Shown here piece by piece: positions 23,722 through 35,408 of a stretch of 37,160 nt of DNA. The DNA is taken from contig JADIIX010000082.1 in NCBI GenBank assembly GCA_027604505.1, forward strand, positions 62,001-99,160, written 5' to 3'. This DNA is from Gonapodya sp. JEL0774 (Eukaryota). Under the pieces are notes generated by a model, which worked only from the letters and a program-made list of their open reading frames with translations, was not told the origin of the DNA and did no database searches. The position numbers were made by a program, and so were the translations under genes. Each line of letters begins with the position of its first letter. Position 1 is the first letter of the stretch.

Positions 23722-24468
23722 GGACGATTGGGTGAACAAGAATCGAGATGAATGAATTGTTCTTCTCTCACTGTTCGTCAGGTTTAGAAAGCAGCAGGAT
23801 CAAAGAATCTGGCATCTCCAAACGCAGGTTCAATCGCCTGAACCGGATTTGCCGAGAGGAACCGATGTAACATCGACTTTTATCCGTGCTTGTTCTCACC
23901 GGCAATAATTGTCTGACTCACGCAACTCTTTCCGGTCCGTTTTCTGGCCTTCAATTCTATCTTCAGCTTCACACTACTTTTCGCCCGCTATGATGTGAAC
24001 TGGGACAACACTTACATGTGTTAGCATCGTGGTTGGGGACTGGATCCTTAGCACATATTATGTTACATTGCACACTGCAAAATTCTGGATTCTGTATGTA
24101 CTATGTACAATAATGATCCCGACCACTAAGAGATACCACGGGTTCGATGGGATTCACAGAAGGTCAGAATAAAGAGGTTCGCCAAGTGTCGGATACGAAG
24201 AAAATATTGGTCTTCCTGTCTGAAATATGCGCCTCATTCTGCCTCCACGAGCAAACGGGACATGCCGGTGGAGTTAATATGTAATAATCGTTTAAACAGC
24301 GATCCCACCCAGTCAAATAATGAAAGTGTTGGGGTGGAAACTGGCGGTCCTCTCTCTGCCCAGCTGATCCAGCACTCTCTCACTAGCCTTGGCCCGTACC
24401 ATACATTCGACCCACCTCAATTCCGAATGGTACAGCACATACTACTCTCCTATCCCCGTCACAAGATG

Positions 24469-27400
24469 TCACATAAACCCACACGAACGCTCCTTCTTCT
24501 TCTTCTTGCTGCTCTCCGATTCGTCTCCTTCCAAGGACGAGTACCGGGACCGTTTGGTACCCTTGGGTTCAGGTGGGGGTGCAGATGGTTGCGTGGTGGT
24601 GGTGGTGGTTGAGCCCGACGTTTGCGCAAGTCGGGGTTCTGAAGATTGGCAGATTAGCTGCCGATCTTGATCCCAGAGTCACTTGAGACCCATACACCCA
24701 CCTTCGTACTCATCCCATCTCACGACCTTTGCCTCTTCCACCGTCCCAGCCTCCAGGACCACTTTGTCCACGGTTTTCTCATCAACTGTCGCCAGACACG
24801 CGTCTTCACCCAACCACTTCACGATGCGGGGTTTTGCGCCGCCCAGCTTGACCAAGAACGATTCGACAGCGGGAGAGTCCCAGCTGGTTGAAAAGTGAGA
24901 GACGTAAAGGAGGTTGGGACGAGAGGGGTCTGCAAGGGGGTGACAAGGTGGCGTAGGGGCAGTGTTCGAACGAGGCAGCGGTTCAGGGGGTGAGGTTGAA
25001 ACATGCCCGGTGTCTCATCGCCACTCACCCTTGCCCGCCAAATCCAGGAACCCCAACTCGGATCTCATGAGATGCAACTTGTTCACGTACGATCCCAACA
25101 CCGGCCCGGTTGGCGAGGGGAACCGTGAGGGTACATCGACCACCGCAGGTTCCGTAGAGCCTCGGGCGTGGCGAGCTTCATGGAAAAGAACACCACGAGG
25201 GAGCATGTGATGGGAGGACCCAAGAGCCCTCGGAAACGCGAATGATCCCACCTATACACTCTGCGAACCTGATACACGCGTACCCAGTCATGTACGCGTC
25301 GTAGCCAGCTTCGTGCGCCTGTTCTTTACCGTTGGCGTACCCATCGAAACCTGCTGCAAAGACTACTCCCACAGCGAGGCACCAAAAAACGGAAAACAAA
25401 CAACAAATCGCAAGTAGGTATAAAAAGAAACTATCCACGAATGGTAAAAATCGCCCTAAGAGAGAGTTCCACGTACGTACCGATCTTTGCCCCGTTGTCG
25501 AAACCCCTTTCCCGATTCACGTGCTCGTAAATCTGTCCCAGCGCCGTCCCACCGGCACCTTGGGTCGCCGCGCGCACGGCAGGGTGTGATGCGAGGTGCT
25601 TGGTGTCGATGAGGCTATGACGGGGTTTTGTGGGGGGGCGGGGGGCATGGGGAGCGTGTGATTTATGAGGGATGGGGAAGTAGTGGGACTGTCCACCCGC
25701 CGAGGCTGTGCGTCCACTCAACTCACTCCCCAAACACCTCTCTCACAACCCCCTTCCACTCCTCCAGGGCCTTCTTCCCCGCCGCCGTCTTTGTCTTTCC
25801 CAATCCGCTCCGCCCTCCTTTCCCCTCATTCCCCGCTCCACCGTCGTGCGCCCCCTCGCCTCCACTCTGCGGGTCCCTCCACATCTTCCCCGAGATATGG
25901 CACACGTCCAAGAGGCAGTTGTGCCCCGTGGTCGCGAAGGGGGGGAGGACGGTAGGCGGGGGTGGCGGAGGAGTTGAGGCAGGAAGTGCGGCTAAGGCAG
26001 GCACCTGGGGGACGGAGGACGAGGTTGATGCTGCAGTAGCTCGCCGAGCCGTCCTAGGCACCTTTATTTTCCGTTCGGCAATGTCAGCTGGCACCGTGCC
26101 CGACCCGTTCACACCGCGGACCGCCTGTTCCCCCCGTTCCCGAACCTCCTTGACCCTCCTTGCCACCACATCCAACACCCTCCTGACGCCCACCGCTGCT
26201 CTCATCTCCCCGTCCACGGCCTCCTTTGCCTCCTGAACCATCTTCTTCATGAACTCCCCTGCCTCGTCGCCCATACCGGCCAGTTCCCCCGGCGTTCGGG
26301 ACACGGTAACGCCGTTTGGCGCACCCGAGGTCTTGAGTCGACCGGAGAACACGTTGCGGACTTCTTGGTGGACGAGGCGGCGGTGGTAGGCTGTGGGACA
26401 TGTGATGATGAGCGTGGGGGAGAGGGGGTTGTCGGTCAGGGGTGGTGGTTGGGGCGGGGAAGGTGCGGGGGCTGATGTGATGGACGGTGGGGGGGAAGGG
26501 GGTACGGTGAGGGGAGGGTCGATTGGGATACCGGACCAGTTTGAGACGCGGGTAAGTGAGGTGTGGAGGAACGGCAGGTCTTCAGGACGGGGTGTCAAGT
26601 CAGGGCCGTAGGACTGGGTTTGAGGTTTCGAGCGGGGCGGGTCGTTGTCGGCGGCAGGTGTGGGCGTGGGTTGTGTGGTGGCTCCCTGCGCAGTCGCACC
26701 CTCCTCCCCATCACCATCGCCGTTCAACAGCCGCTGCGGCTGCAAAGCGCGCACACGAGCGGCCTCCATGTCTTCCCAGACCTCGGGGAGTCCCTTTTCT
26801 TTCCACCAGCGCTTTCGGGCGTAATGTTCCTCCTCGAGGGACAAGTAAGGCACACCCATGGCGACCCACTTGTTGAAGTTGAAGTTGTTGCGGGAGAGGA
26901 AGGAGAAGGAGGAGGATTGGAAGACGAGGGTGCGGTCTGGGGAGGAGCGGGTGGTGGTGGTGGGGAAGGTGAAGATGGTGAAAGGGCGGGCGACATAGTG
27001 CTGGTGCGCAAAGGTGGGTAATTAAGGAACGAGAAGCCATGGCGCAGGTAGAAAAAGCAGGTACGTTGTGAAGCGTGGACATTGCGGCACCCCAGGGGAA
27101 CTTATACTCACGTCGTCTTGCCACGTGAAGGTACATATCCCCAGCTGGAGAATCGCGAACGCTCTGGCGGCTCTTCGGGACTTTTCCACGCGTTCTAGCA
27201 TGGTGGAATCAGGATGTTCGATGATGGAATTGAATCGCAGAGGCAAGGTGAACAGCAATCGCTCAGAATCATGACAAAAAGTGTTCGTGACTGGTGTCGA
27301 CCACCTAGACCACGTCTGACAGAACGCACCAGCAACGGAATCCCAGTAATCGATCTGGTTTTCCTTCCTATCGACGAGACCAGACAATTCTGTATCGAAC

Positions 27401-27571
27401 GCGACGAGATCGGCGTCCAATATCGCGCGTTCGAGTTCGGGGAACACGGCCTGGACGAGAGCATGGGAAAGGAGAAAAGGAGAACAAGAAAAATAACGTC
27501 AGATGCGTGAGAAAGAAGGAATCGAGCAATAGTAAAAAAGACACCTCGAATGAGTCGCTGGTGACTTCCAT
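24469..27571 (-). CDS. PARN: CAF1/DEDDh family poly(A)-specific ribonuclease (PARN-like) with R3H-like insertion, multi-exon
   Basis: MEVTSDSFE|AVFPELERAILDADLVAFDTELSGL (Exo I), LQLGICTF, FLSRNNFNFNKWVAMGVPYL, R3H-like CPTAYHRRLVHQEV, GHNCLLDVCH (Exo II), IDTKHLA, HEAGYDAYMTG (Exo III), YVNKLHLMRS. The last exon ends KKKKKERSCGFM*. Confidence 0.88.
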
Positions 27572-28263
27572 CTTTGCCAGGAATGGGAGGTTTCATTTGT
27601 GGAAGGACTTGATGGGGAGACATAATGCACACAATAATTTGTACTCCGAAATCCCTGACGATGACTTCTGTCATCTCCAAACGAAATTTTCAACCTGCTG
27701 GAGCTTTACTGTGACGCTATTCCTGCGGGACTATTAGAGTTCAGCTCCTTCATCCGTGGAGAACACAATGACAGTCAAAAGAGCTGAAATGGACATTGAG
27801 ATCACAGTATAGTTATTTTTCTGACTCTATGTAAGCCCAAGATAGCGAGTTGAACCAAGGAGAACAGCTTCCCAACCTCATTCTCACCGCCAGCGTGAAT
27901 TACATTGACACCAAGCACGCCCCGGGCGAGTGTTTAGGCGAAACATATCGCACATATTTTTCAGTCTCCTACGCATTCTGTGTTTAGACATGTGTACCTG
28001 TTGACCAGGTCCCCACACTCTCGGTGAGGTAGAGAGCGGACACCATTCATAATTGAATCCTCACCCACACAACCCAACGCCATTCCGACATCGTTTCTAT
28101 CTCTTCCCACCATCACACGCAAGCGTTCTCCCCATCCCCAGTCAATCACAGATCTTCCTGCCTGGCGGAACCCTGACGTATCGCTTCCCTCCATACTCAT
28201 ACCTGCCATCGCCGCTCTCCTCGGCGTCTCCCCATCTCTACCACACCGTAAGCAGCCCCACCG

Positions 28264-28775
28264 ATGGCCTTTGTTTGCATCGAGATCGGGGTGAGCGTCC
28301 TGCGCTTGCGTAGTTCCGGCAATTGAGAGTCTTCTTTGGGCGTTGGTCTCATCCCTGCACCCCTCCGCTCGCTTAGACCCACGACAACCCTTGCCGCGTG
28401 AAAGTCATCGGTCCTACTCTGGGTGCCATCGCCGCGGTGTTGACAGCCGTCGTTTGTTGGGTGAGTCACGGTCGCACCTTTCGTCGGCTGATGAACTCAG
28501 CGCTCACTGTCAGCCCATACCTGCTAAATCACCACTCAAACCCGTCCTCTCTCAGTTCATCGGCGCCATCATGTGGTTTATCGACCGACCCTACGCGAGG
28601 CGCATGTTCGCAAAACCCGTGAGTACTGAGTCGAGTTGGCTGATCCACCTCCCCATCAACCGGTTCTCATTCCTGTACCAACATCCTCACCCACGCACCG
28701 TTCCCCCCTTCCACACCGCGGAAAAACATCCAGGTGGAAGTCTCGAGCGTGGTCTCGAAAGCTATACCCATATAG
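28264..28775 (+). CDS. 71-aa hydrophobic microprotein, 4 exons
   Basis: Exons 28264-28290, 28377-28460, 28556-28618 and 28734-28775. All phase 0, donors GTGAG, acceptors TAG/CAG/CAG. Protein: MAFVCIEIGTHDNPCRVKVIGPTLGAIAAVLTAVVCWFIGAIMWFIDRPYARRMFAKPVEVSSVVSKAIPI*. Confidence 0.8.
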
Positions 28776-29829
28776 ACCCGGGGGGGGGGGTGGCGGTTGA
28801 GGACTCGTGGTGGACATTCGCCTGTCCTGTCTTCAACGTCCTCTTCCCTTGCCCCCCTCACCCCACCAACGAGGCCAAAGCATCGTCACGAAAGTATCGA
28901 TCTGTCACGACATGACACGATAGCGACGAGGAGCACGGTTACAGACATCAAACACCAAGAACCAGTCTTCTCGATTTCGTAAATTCTTAGACGCCGATTG
29001 TACCTACATTGTGATTTGATTCCTGCAATACATTGAGCTTATAGGGGAGTGTGTAAGCAAACTGCTGGATGTAACCACCCCCTCCGAACCGTGTTCCGGT
29101 GTCATCACAAGCTGAATGTGGACGTACCAACGCATATGACACTCACGAGCATACGCAATATCGCGATTTGTTTACACGCAGGTGTACCATCCAAATAAAC
29201 CAATGATGATCCGATTGTATGGTGCCGTACCTGTGTCGCACTTTGTACTGGACTGTTGAGGGCCGGTAATCCAGTCATAAGTCGGTGTTCATGCAGATTC
29301 TTAAAAAACAAACACTGATTACCAATGCAAAAACTACAGCACCCAGTATTCCCAGCTGATCTCTCACGCTAGTACTGACTGGGCTGTCACGGGCTTCGCT
29401 GCGCTGATCAGAGGGGGATGTTACCACCATCGCAAAAACAAAAATTTTAGACAAAAGAACCCATGCAAGGCCCAGGCCGTTCTCATGACACCGGTTTCCT
29501 TGTTTTTCCTTGTTTTGGCCCATCATCCCCTTCATCCTCCTAATGGCCGCGGTCCACGGTAGTCGCCGGTTAAACTACACTCATCAACTTAGGTAAACTT
29601 TACCCCGGAAGGATAAGTCCACCGCAGGAAGTTTGTCAGTGATTTCGTGGGGCTGAAAATTGTATAATTTTGGGCAGAGTGACGTTGGGAACGCGTGATG
29701 GCCCGTGATGGAGGTGTCTGTGATATATACGTGGCAATTGAGTGTTCAACCGATTGGTTTACATATAAACCTGGTATGCATACCCAACTCCCATCACAAA
29801 CCCACCACTAGATCGTCAGGGTGTCCACG

Positions 29830-31979
29830 ATGCTTCGCCGATCCCTCCTCCGCACGTGGCTCTCCATTGTTCTCCTATGGCAAGCATCACACTTCTGCCT
29901 CGGATCCATCGTCGATAAAGAGCGAATCATCGGCGTCGGTGAGTGCTCTCACCAGCGCCTTTTTTTTTGGTTTCGAGTGTTTTATGCTATGCCGTGGTCG
30001 GATTTCCTATTCTAGACCTGGGGATGACGTTCGATGGTATATCACATGTTGGTACGTGCACTTCGCCTGGGCGTTTGAGCCGTCCAGCATGTCCTACTCA
30101 CACACCCTCTCACCCACACTTGTGAGCAAGGCGTCGTCCACGATGGCCGTGTGGAGATCTTCGTCCACGTGGCACACTCCACCGTATTCCCCGACCGGCA
30201 CAGCATTGACTCGGCCACCCCCCAACTGCTAACCCCATCCGACGCTGCCATTGTCCTGCAGACAGTCAAGCGCCTTGCTGACACACACCTAGGCTGTAGC
30301 ACCACGTCTGCGGTCGTCACAATCCCGGCTGCTCTGGGCGTCACCTGGCCCACAGTGGTCGCGATGGACGAGGCGATGGACGAGGTTATTCCAGTGGAAA
30401 TCTCTCAGAAAAGCGCGTGGCGACGTGCCGTCAGGGACGCGGCGTCCGCGGCGGGATTTGTCCGGGTGGAGACAAGGTTGAGATCCCAAGCGGCCGCGGT
30501 GGCGTACGGGATCGACGTGGCAGCCATGCAGCACTGCAAGCGAAATGGTTGAGTGATAGACTTATTTCGAGCTGCATAAAGTGCGGCGCAGTTGAGTTGA
30601 CATCCCCGTTTTGTTTCCATGATACCGAAGTTCTCGTACTGGACTTGACGAGCAACGCAGTGGAAGCTACCGTGTTCACGACAGTGGAGGGACGAGGAAG
30701 GCTTGTTTTTGCTCGCCGTCTCCAGCGACCTGGGGTTTAGTGGATGTGTATGTGATAACACTTTTTTAATGCAACGAACACAAGCGATATCTAGGCAGGC
30801 TCTTTTCGTCACTCCTAGAACACCTCGAGTAGTGATACGTGCACTTTACACGCCGAGGCGCCAACAACACATCGAGACGACACCTCACTCGTGCACCAGC
30901 TGGACGTGCAGGCCACCACCGAGGCATTCTTAACCCCCGCCGGGCGCTCGTCCCGTTCAATGCTCGCACGGGTCATGCACCACATAACAGCTGCGCTCGC
31001 AGATGCCGGGCTGACAAGACAGAATGTTGACGAGGTAGTGCTTGTCGGGTCGAGCGAGGGCAATAGCACCGACGTAGCGGGAGAAGTGCGGGCGATTTTC
31101 AGGGGCACGAAGGCGCGCGTGCGTGGGGGGGAAATCGGCGTGGAAATCATATGTACGGTGTTGATGTCCTTCATTCTTGGCGTTTCCCACCACGCTCGCC
31201 ATATTCCCCCGAACGCCACATCTTTCTTTAAGCCCGCGGCGCGGCCATCGAGGCCAACCGAATCCCACAAGACGACTTCCTCAAAGTGGCTGACTTCTTC
31301 TTCTACCACTCCACACCTAATGTGACCCTGGGCGTGGCGACCTCCGATGGGCGTGCCGCAGCCATATTTCCACGGTACAGCATCCTCCCGTCGTTCACGT
31401 ACACTCGTTTCTTCTCCACTACAAGAGAGAATCAGACGGCGGTCAGCGTGGTGGTGGTGGAGAGGGACCATGGGACGGGCAGGACGAGAAGATTAGGTAG
31501 GTGATGAAAAGCTGCCTGCTCTTGCGCAGGGAAAATCTCTTCGTTACTTGCTTTCATGGCGCGCCTGACCAATGCATTACTGGACCGCCCAACTCGTCAA
31601 CTGTATAGGCACACTCGAACTAAGTGACATCCCACCCACACCACGGGGCTCACCGACGATAGCCGTATCGTTCAATCTTGTTCACAGCTTGACCGTGACA
31701 GCACGGAACATGGCCGTAGGCTCTCGGGCGACGATGCAGATCAACACACACACCCTGCCGACCTGGGACCTTGAGTTTGAGTTTGATGCCCTGTTGGAGC
31801 GGCAGAGAGCATCGTGCAGCGATCCAGGGGAATGGGAGTGGGAGTGGGATGGAGCGCTGGATCCAGCGAACCAGGGGGAGGGGGACGGCGTGGGGCACGG
31901 TGGGCAATTGGAGGTGAAATCGGATTTGGAGGAGTGGGGTTTTTTGACATTTCCGAGGTTGCAACGTGTTTGGTTGTAG
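29830..31979 (+). CDS. Highly divergent, internally deleted Hsp70 (BiP-like) protein with signal peptide, multi-exon
   Basis: MLRRSLLRTWLSIVLLWQASHFCLG (signal-like), IIGVDLGMTFDGISHVGVVHDGRVEIF, AVVTIPA, RRAVRDAASAAG, SQAAAVAYG, NVLVLDLT, ALADAGLTRQNVDEVVLVGSS, SRGAAIEA, TLGVAT, FSTTRENQTAVSV, LGTLELSDIPPTPRGSPTIAVSF. These are colinear with Hsp70 motifs. Confidence 0.82.
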
Positions 31980-32221
31980 ATGTGTCGTAGTATGTAAACA
32001 AGAAGGAGGCTTGGTATGTCATCGGCGAAAGCATCTGTCTAAAGAATCTTGGTTGAATTCTGAATATCTGATGAATAGATATGTACTCAACCCATCATTG
32101 GCCGCAGTCTGTTGGAATGTTCGTTGCCATCAATTGCAGGACTGCAGAACCTGCGCCTCCCGGAGTTTTGGGAAGTGGACGATATTAGGGATGTGCGCTG
32201 GCCGGATGAAAAACTCGGTGG

Positions 32222-32392
32222 CGGACCTTTGGTTTCCAGAACACAGGAGGTACAAGAAAGTAGTGTAAAGTGCTCATTTTCTTGTACCAGTGTCATTCAG
32301 ATTTGGCCCCAGATTTTCTGGACCCCAAATTCTCAGACACTGGTACAAGAAACCAGTATTGAAAACAGATCAGTTTCTTGTACCGGACCTTT
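32222..32392. repeat. Palindromic repeat cluster: four alternating copies of GGTACAAGAAA with a central hairpin (17-bp perfect arms)
   Basis: GGTACAAGAAA at 32249 and 32342, with its reverse complement at 32278 and 32374. Perfect inverted arms at 32278-32294 and 32336-32352. CGGACCTTT direct repeat at 32222 and 32384. Confidence 0.85.
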
Positions 32393-34449
32393 CAAGCTCG
32401 TGGTCCATCGCAAAAATTAAAGAAAGGGCCTAAAAGTTCATGACAATAGGCCCATAACTCATGACATTTGGGCATTTCAGTATCCTTTCCAGACGGGAAG
32501 CGGCACTTTTCCGTGCTTATGGCCGTAGTTATAAGGAAAGTTGGCCTTCAATTATATATTCACTAATATGTTTTGAATAATCAGGTCACACACCTTACCC
32601 ATTTTGAAAATAAAGAATCGATGCAAGTATCATGTCGCCCGTAACCAGTAATCGAACACTCTCGCTAGAAAGCTTGAAAACATCAAATACAAAATTATAA
32701 TGCGTGATGTTGTGTGGACAAACCGAGAACGGAGATCGCACATAAGAATTATCTAAAATGAAATTCTGACGGTACATATCAGGTCAGGCACTTGACGTGA
32801 CTCTGGTACATCATGCAATGAATGAATGAATAGACATATGAGTGTACATCTTTCTACCACTGGGACAGAAACAAGGTAAGTTTCCTGCAGTATTTTGTGT
32901 AATGGTTTGGATTTTGGTCTTGGTTGCCGAGGAACAACACGGCACGGCATAGTAAAGGAGGGCTGCGACATGCTCTGGCTTCACAAAAGTCATGAAGAGC
33001 TTTCCAATTTTCATCACAAATGGGTGTCCAAGCTGGAACTCCAATGATCGCCGTGCCAACTCTTCCATGTCTGCTGCTTCCCAAACTGTTTGTTCACCCT
33101 CTTTCGGTTCCTTCCAGTACATGTACACCGGTGTGGACTCAGGTAGGTTATCAATGCGGGGCCATTTGCGTTCCCAAGATCGTTTTGCCTCTTATCGTGT
33201 TATGCTTTCATCTGCCACACTATCGCGTGGCTTCTCATGACTGTCTGCCGTGAGCGGGGGAATCACCGGGTCGTGGGAACAATTGTATGCACGTCATTCT
33301 CATACGGTTTGATACTTCTTCCTATCTTCACATCCCATGGTCCGTCAAGCTTTCTTGTAAATTGCCGTGTCTTCACCGCATCCCACCTTCCACGAATCGT
33401 TTGCCAGTTGCAGGCGATGGCGATGTGCCCTTTCCTTAAAGCATTATGGCGCGGAAGGTTCCCTGGTAGGGGGCAAACTATGTTAGCAGCGTCGACAGGG
33501 ATGATATTAACTTTCAATTGGACGCGCCCACGAACGTATAGGGCGGGGTCCACAAGACAATGAAAGTGTCAGTAGGTGCTTAGACAGGTTTGTGTGTTCT
33601 GCTCACCACTTCATCCCGCAGATCTGGCTGTGTACAGCCCAGTCTACCCACGGTAGCTTCATCGTCCAGAGCCATTTCCTGGTTTTGAAAAGATGTTGCA
33701 ACTCGCTGCTGCTCAGTTGGCGCAGGAGCAAAACTGTTGTTGTAGCATTGAACGGAAACTGAAAGCGCTGACTCACGACTTTTTCAGCTCGCCGCTGCTG
33801 ACTCATGACTGAACCAACAAAACTGCAACTAGGTTGCAAATGCAATTCTGATCTATTTTATAAATAGACGTTCACATTTTTTTGGACTCGAAATAGACCG
33901 CAAGAGACTCACCACTCATGAAGTGTTGAATCCGCCGCGGCACCGGCAATCGATCGCCGCCTCTTCTCTTCCCGACCGCTACCATCCGTTGCCCCCGGAC
34001 ATTCTTCCCCTTTCACCTTGTTTCGCCTGCGCGTGTGGAGCTCTTGCTCCCTTCTCCAGAGGTGAATAGGTCAGGATCGTGGAGCCAACACAATGCCACC
34101 GAGCTCTCTTTTGACGAAATATTCTCTTTGAATTCCACATGTACGGGTCTGCACTCTCATTCGCAAGTGATCTTGCGTGGCTGCTGGCAGATCGTGTGGA
34201 AGTGGTACAAGTATGACGCACTTCCCTATGACGACATTGATGACATCACCACAAACGGCAACTCGCGATTCACTCATAGCGGCAATTCTCACATCCGAAA
34301 ACAGAACGATTGGCCGGTGCGTGAGGTAATCCCGTTCTACCTTCCTGTTTCTTCACTTTCCAACCTTGAGCGATCCCGATTTCCACTCCCAAGATCCCCA
34401 ATCCACCGATGCCGATGCAGAAATTGGCTCCCCTATGCCCGCTTCGAGC

Positions 34450-35408
34450 CCTCACCCACTCTCCGGATCCTCCACTTAGGACCTCGATCGAGTCCGCATC
34501 ATCTGCAAGAACGCACTGAAGCATTCCGATCTCTCATTAAAGAAGGATTCACAATCAAAGGGCGTGGAATTGTGGCTGGAGTCTGCCCAAGTGCGCGGGC
34601 GAGTTCAATCCCCCAATGATTGACACAGGGCGAGAGGACGAATATTCCTTCTGTGCGTGGAGGATCCTGATCCATATCAGACATTGAAGCCATTCCCACA
34701 CAAGGGAACTGGGAAGGGTTAAATAGTCACGCAAGAATCCTTCTAAAAATGGTTACGAGTGCAGCCCGTGGCTGGAACTCCGTGCGGGAGAACCTCTGCG
34801 TCAAGCCTACCCTCCTGTATGTAAAGACTCCTGAAGTTTTCAGAGTGAATCCGCAACTACCAGGCGATATCAGCCTTGACGATGGTGGGAAAGCGATCGA
34901 GTTGGAAAAGTGTGCGAAGAAACACATTGGTGACAACAGAAAAGACCTTGCAAAATTGACAGATTGCCTATTCGCAAAACTCGTTTTTGTGGAATTGGAT
35001 ACCGATGGCAAATTCGAAAGCGGAGCAATGATCTTGAAGGGCAGAATCGTTTCGCGCACACCACCTCCCCGAGATCTTTCCACGATCAGCCAAGGAACGT
35101 ACAATGCATTACAGTTACCCACTGCATTTGTCTTTAGAGTCGGAGCAACAGAGCTACCAGTAACTTGGGATGATAACATCCCCAAAGCCCAAAAGTATAC
35201 GAAGGTGGCGGATAATCGCTTGAAACTTGTGCGTACTTTTGCGGTGGAATTGGATCAAATTGAAAACGGCTCGAAGATCGATGTTGTCTGCACGGTACCA
35301 GCAAAGCATGGAGAGTGGGAAGTTGTGTCGAGCGACGAGGCTGCGTCCGTTTCCGGGTGCCCTCTTGTTTGGGACGAGAAGAGGTGGAAGTCGGTGAGCA
35401 AACCTTGA
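34450..35408 (+). pseudogene. Probable remnant / C-terminal fragment of a patatin-like (iPLA2-type) phospholipase; open ORF 34749-35408
   Basis: VFRVNPQLPGDISLDD...LAKLTDCLFAKLVFVEL resembles the post-catalytic segment of fungal patatin phospholipases (YFRLN...LDD...L.A.LFYFEL). The upstream in-frame sequence has stops and only a degenerate DGG..NP-like stretch (KGRGIVAGVCPS). Confidence 0.4.

Noticed and set aside
25160..25200. Second HEA motif (VLFHEARH) suggesting a duplicated PARN Exo III site
   Set aside because: Mostly intron sequence read through. The spliced product is CI-A-RHARG.
28780..28796. G11 run in the 3' flank of the microprotein gene (possible G-quadruplex)
   Set aside because: A simple homopolymer. 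Similar G/C runs occur elsewhere in the window and no function can be supported.
32250..32260. GTACAAGAAAG matches part of a Gateway attB2 site (possible vector contamination)
   Set aside because: The match is only about 11 nt, the flanks do not continue the att sequence, and the motif is part of a local palindrome.
32222..32392. Repeat cluster as a CRISPR array
   Set aside because: Repeats are 11 bp, alternate in orientation and are irregularly spaced. There are no cas genes and the context is eukaryotic.
2618..35408. Lipid-peroxide defence cluster (Ohr + FSP1-like + iPLA2-like remnant)
   Set aside because: The genes are 11-18 kb apart with unrelated genes between them, and one is probably decayed. 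There is no sequence evidence of co-regulation.
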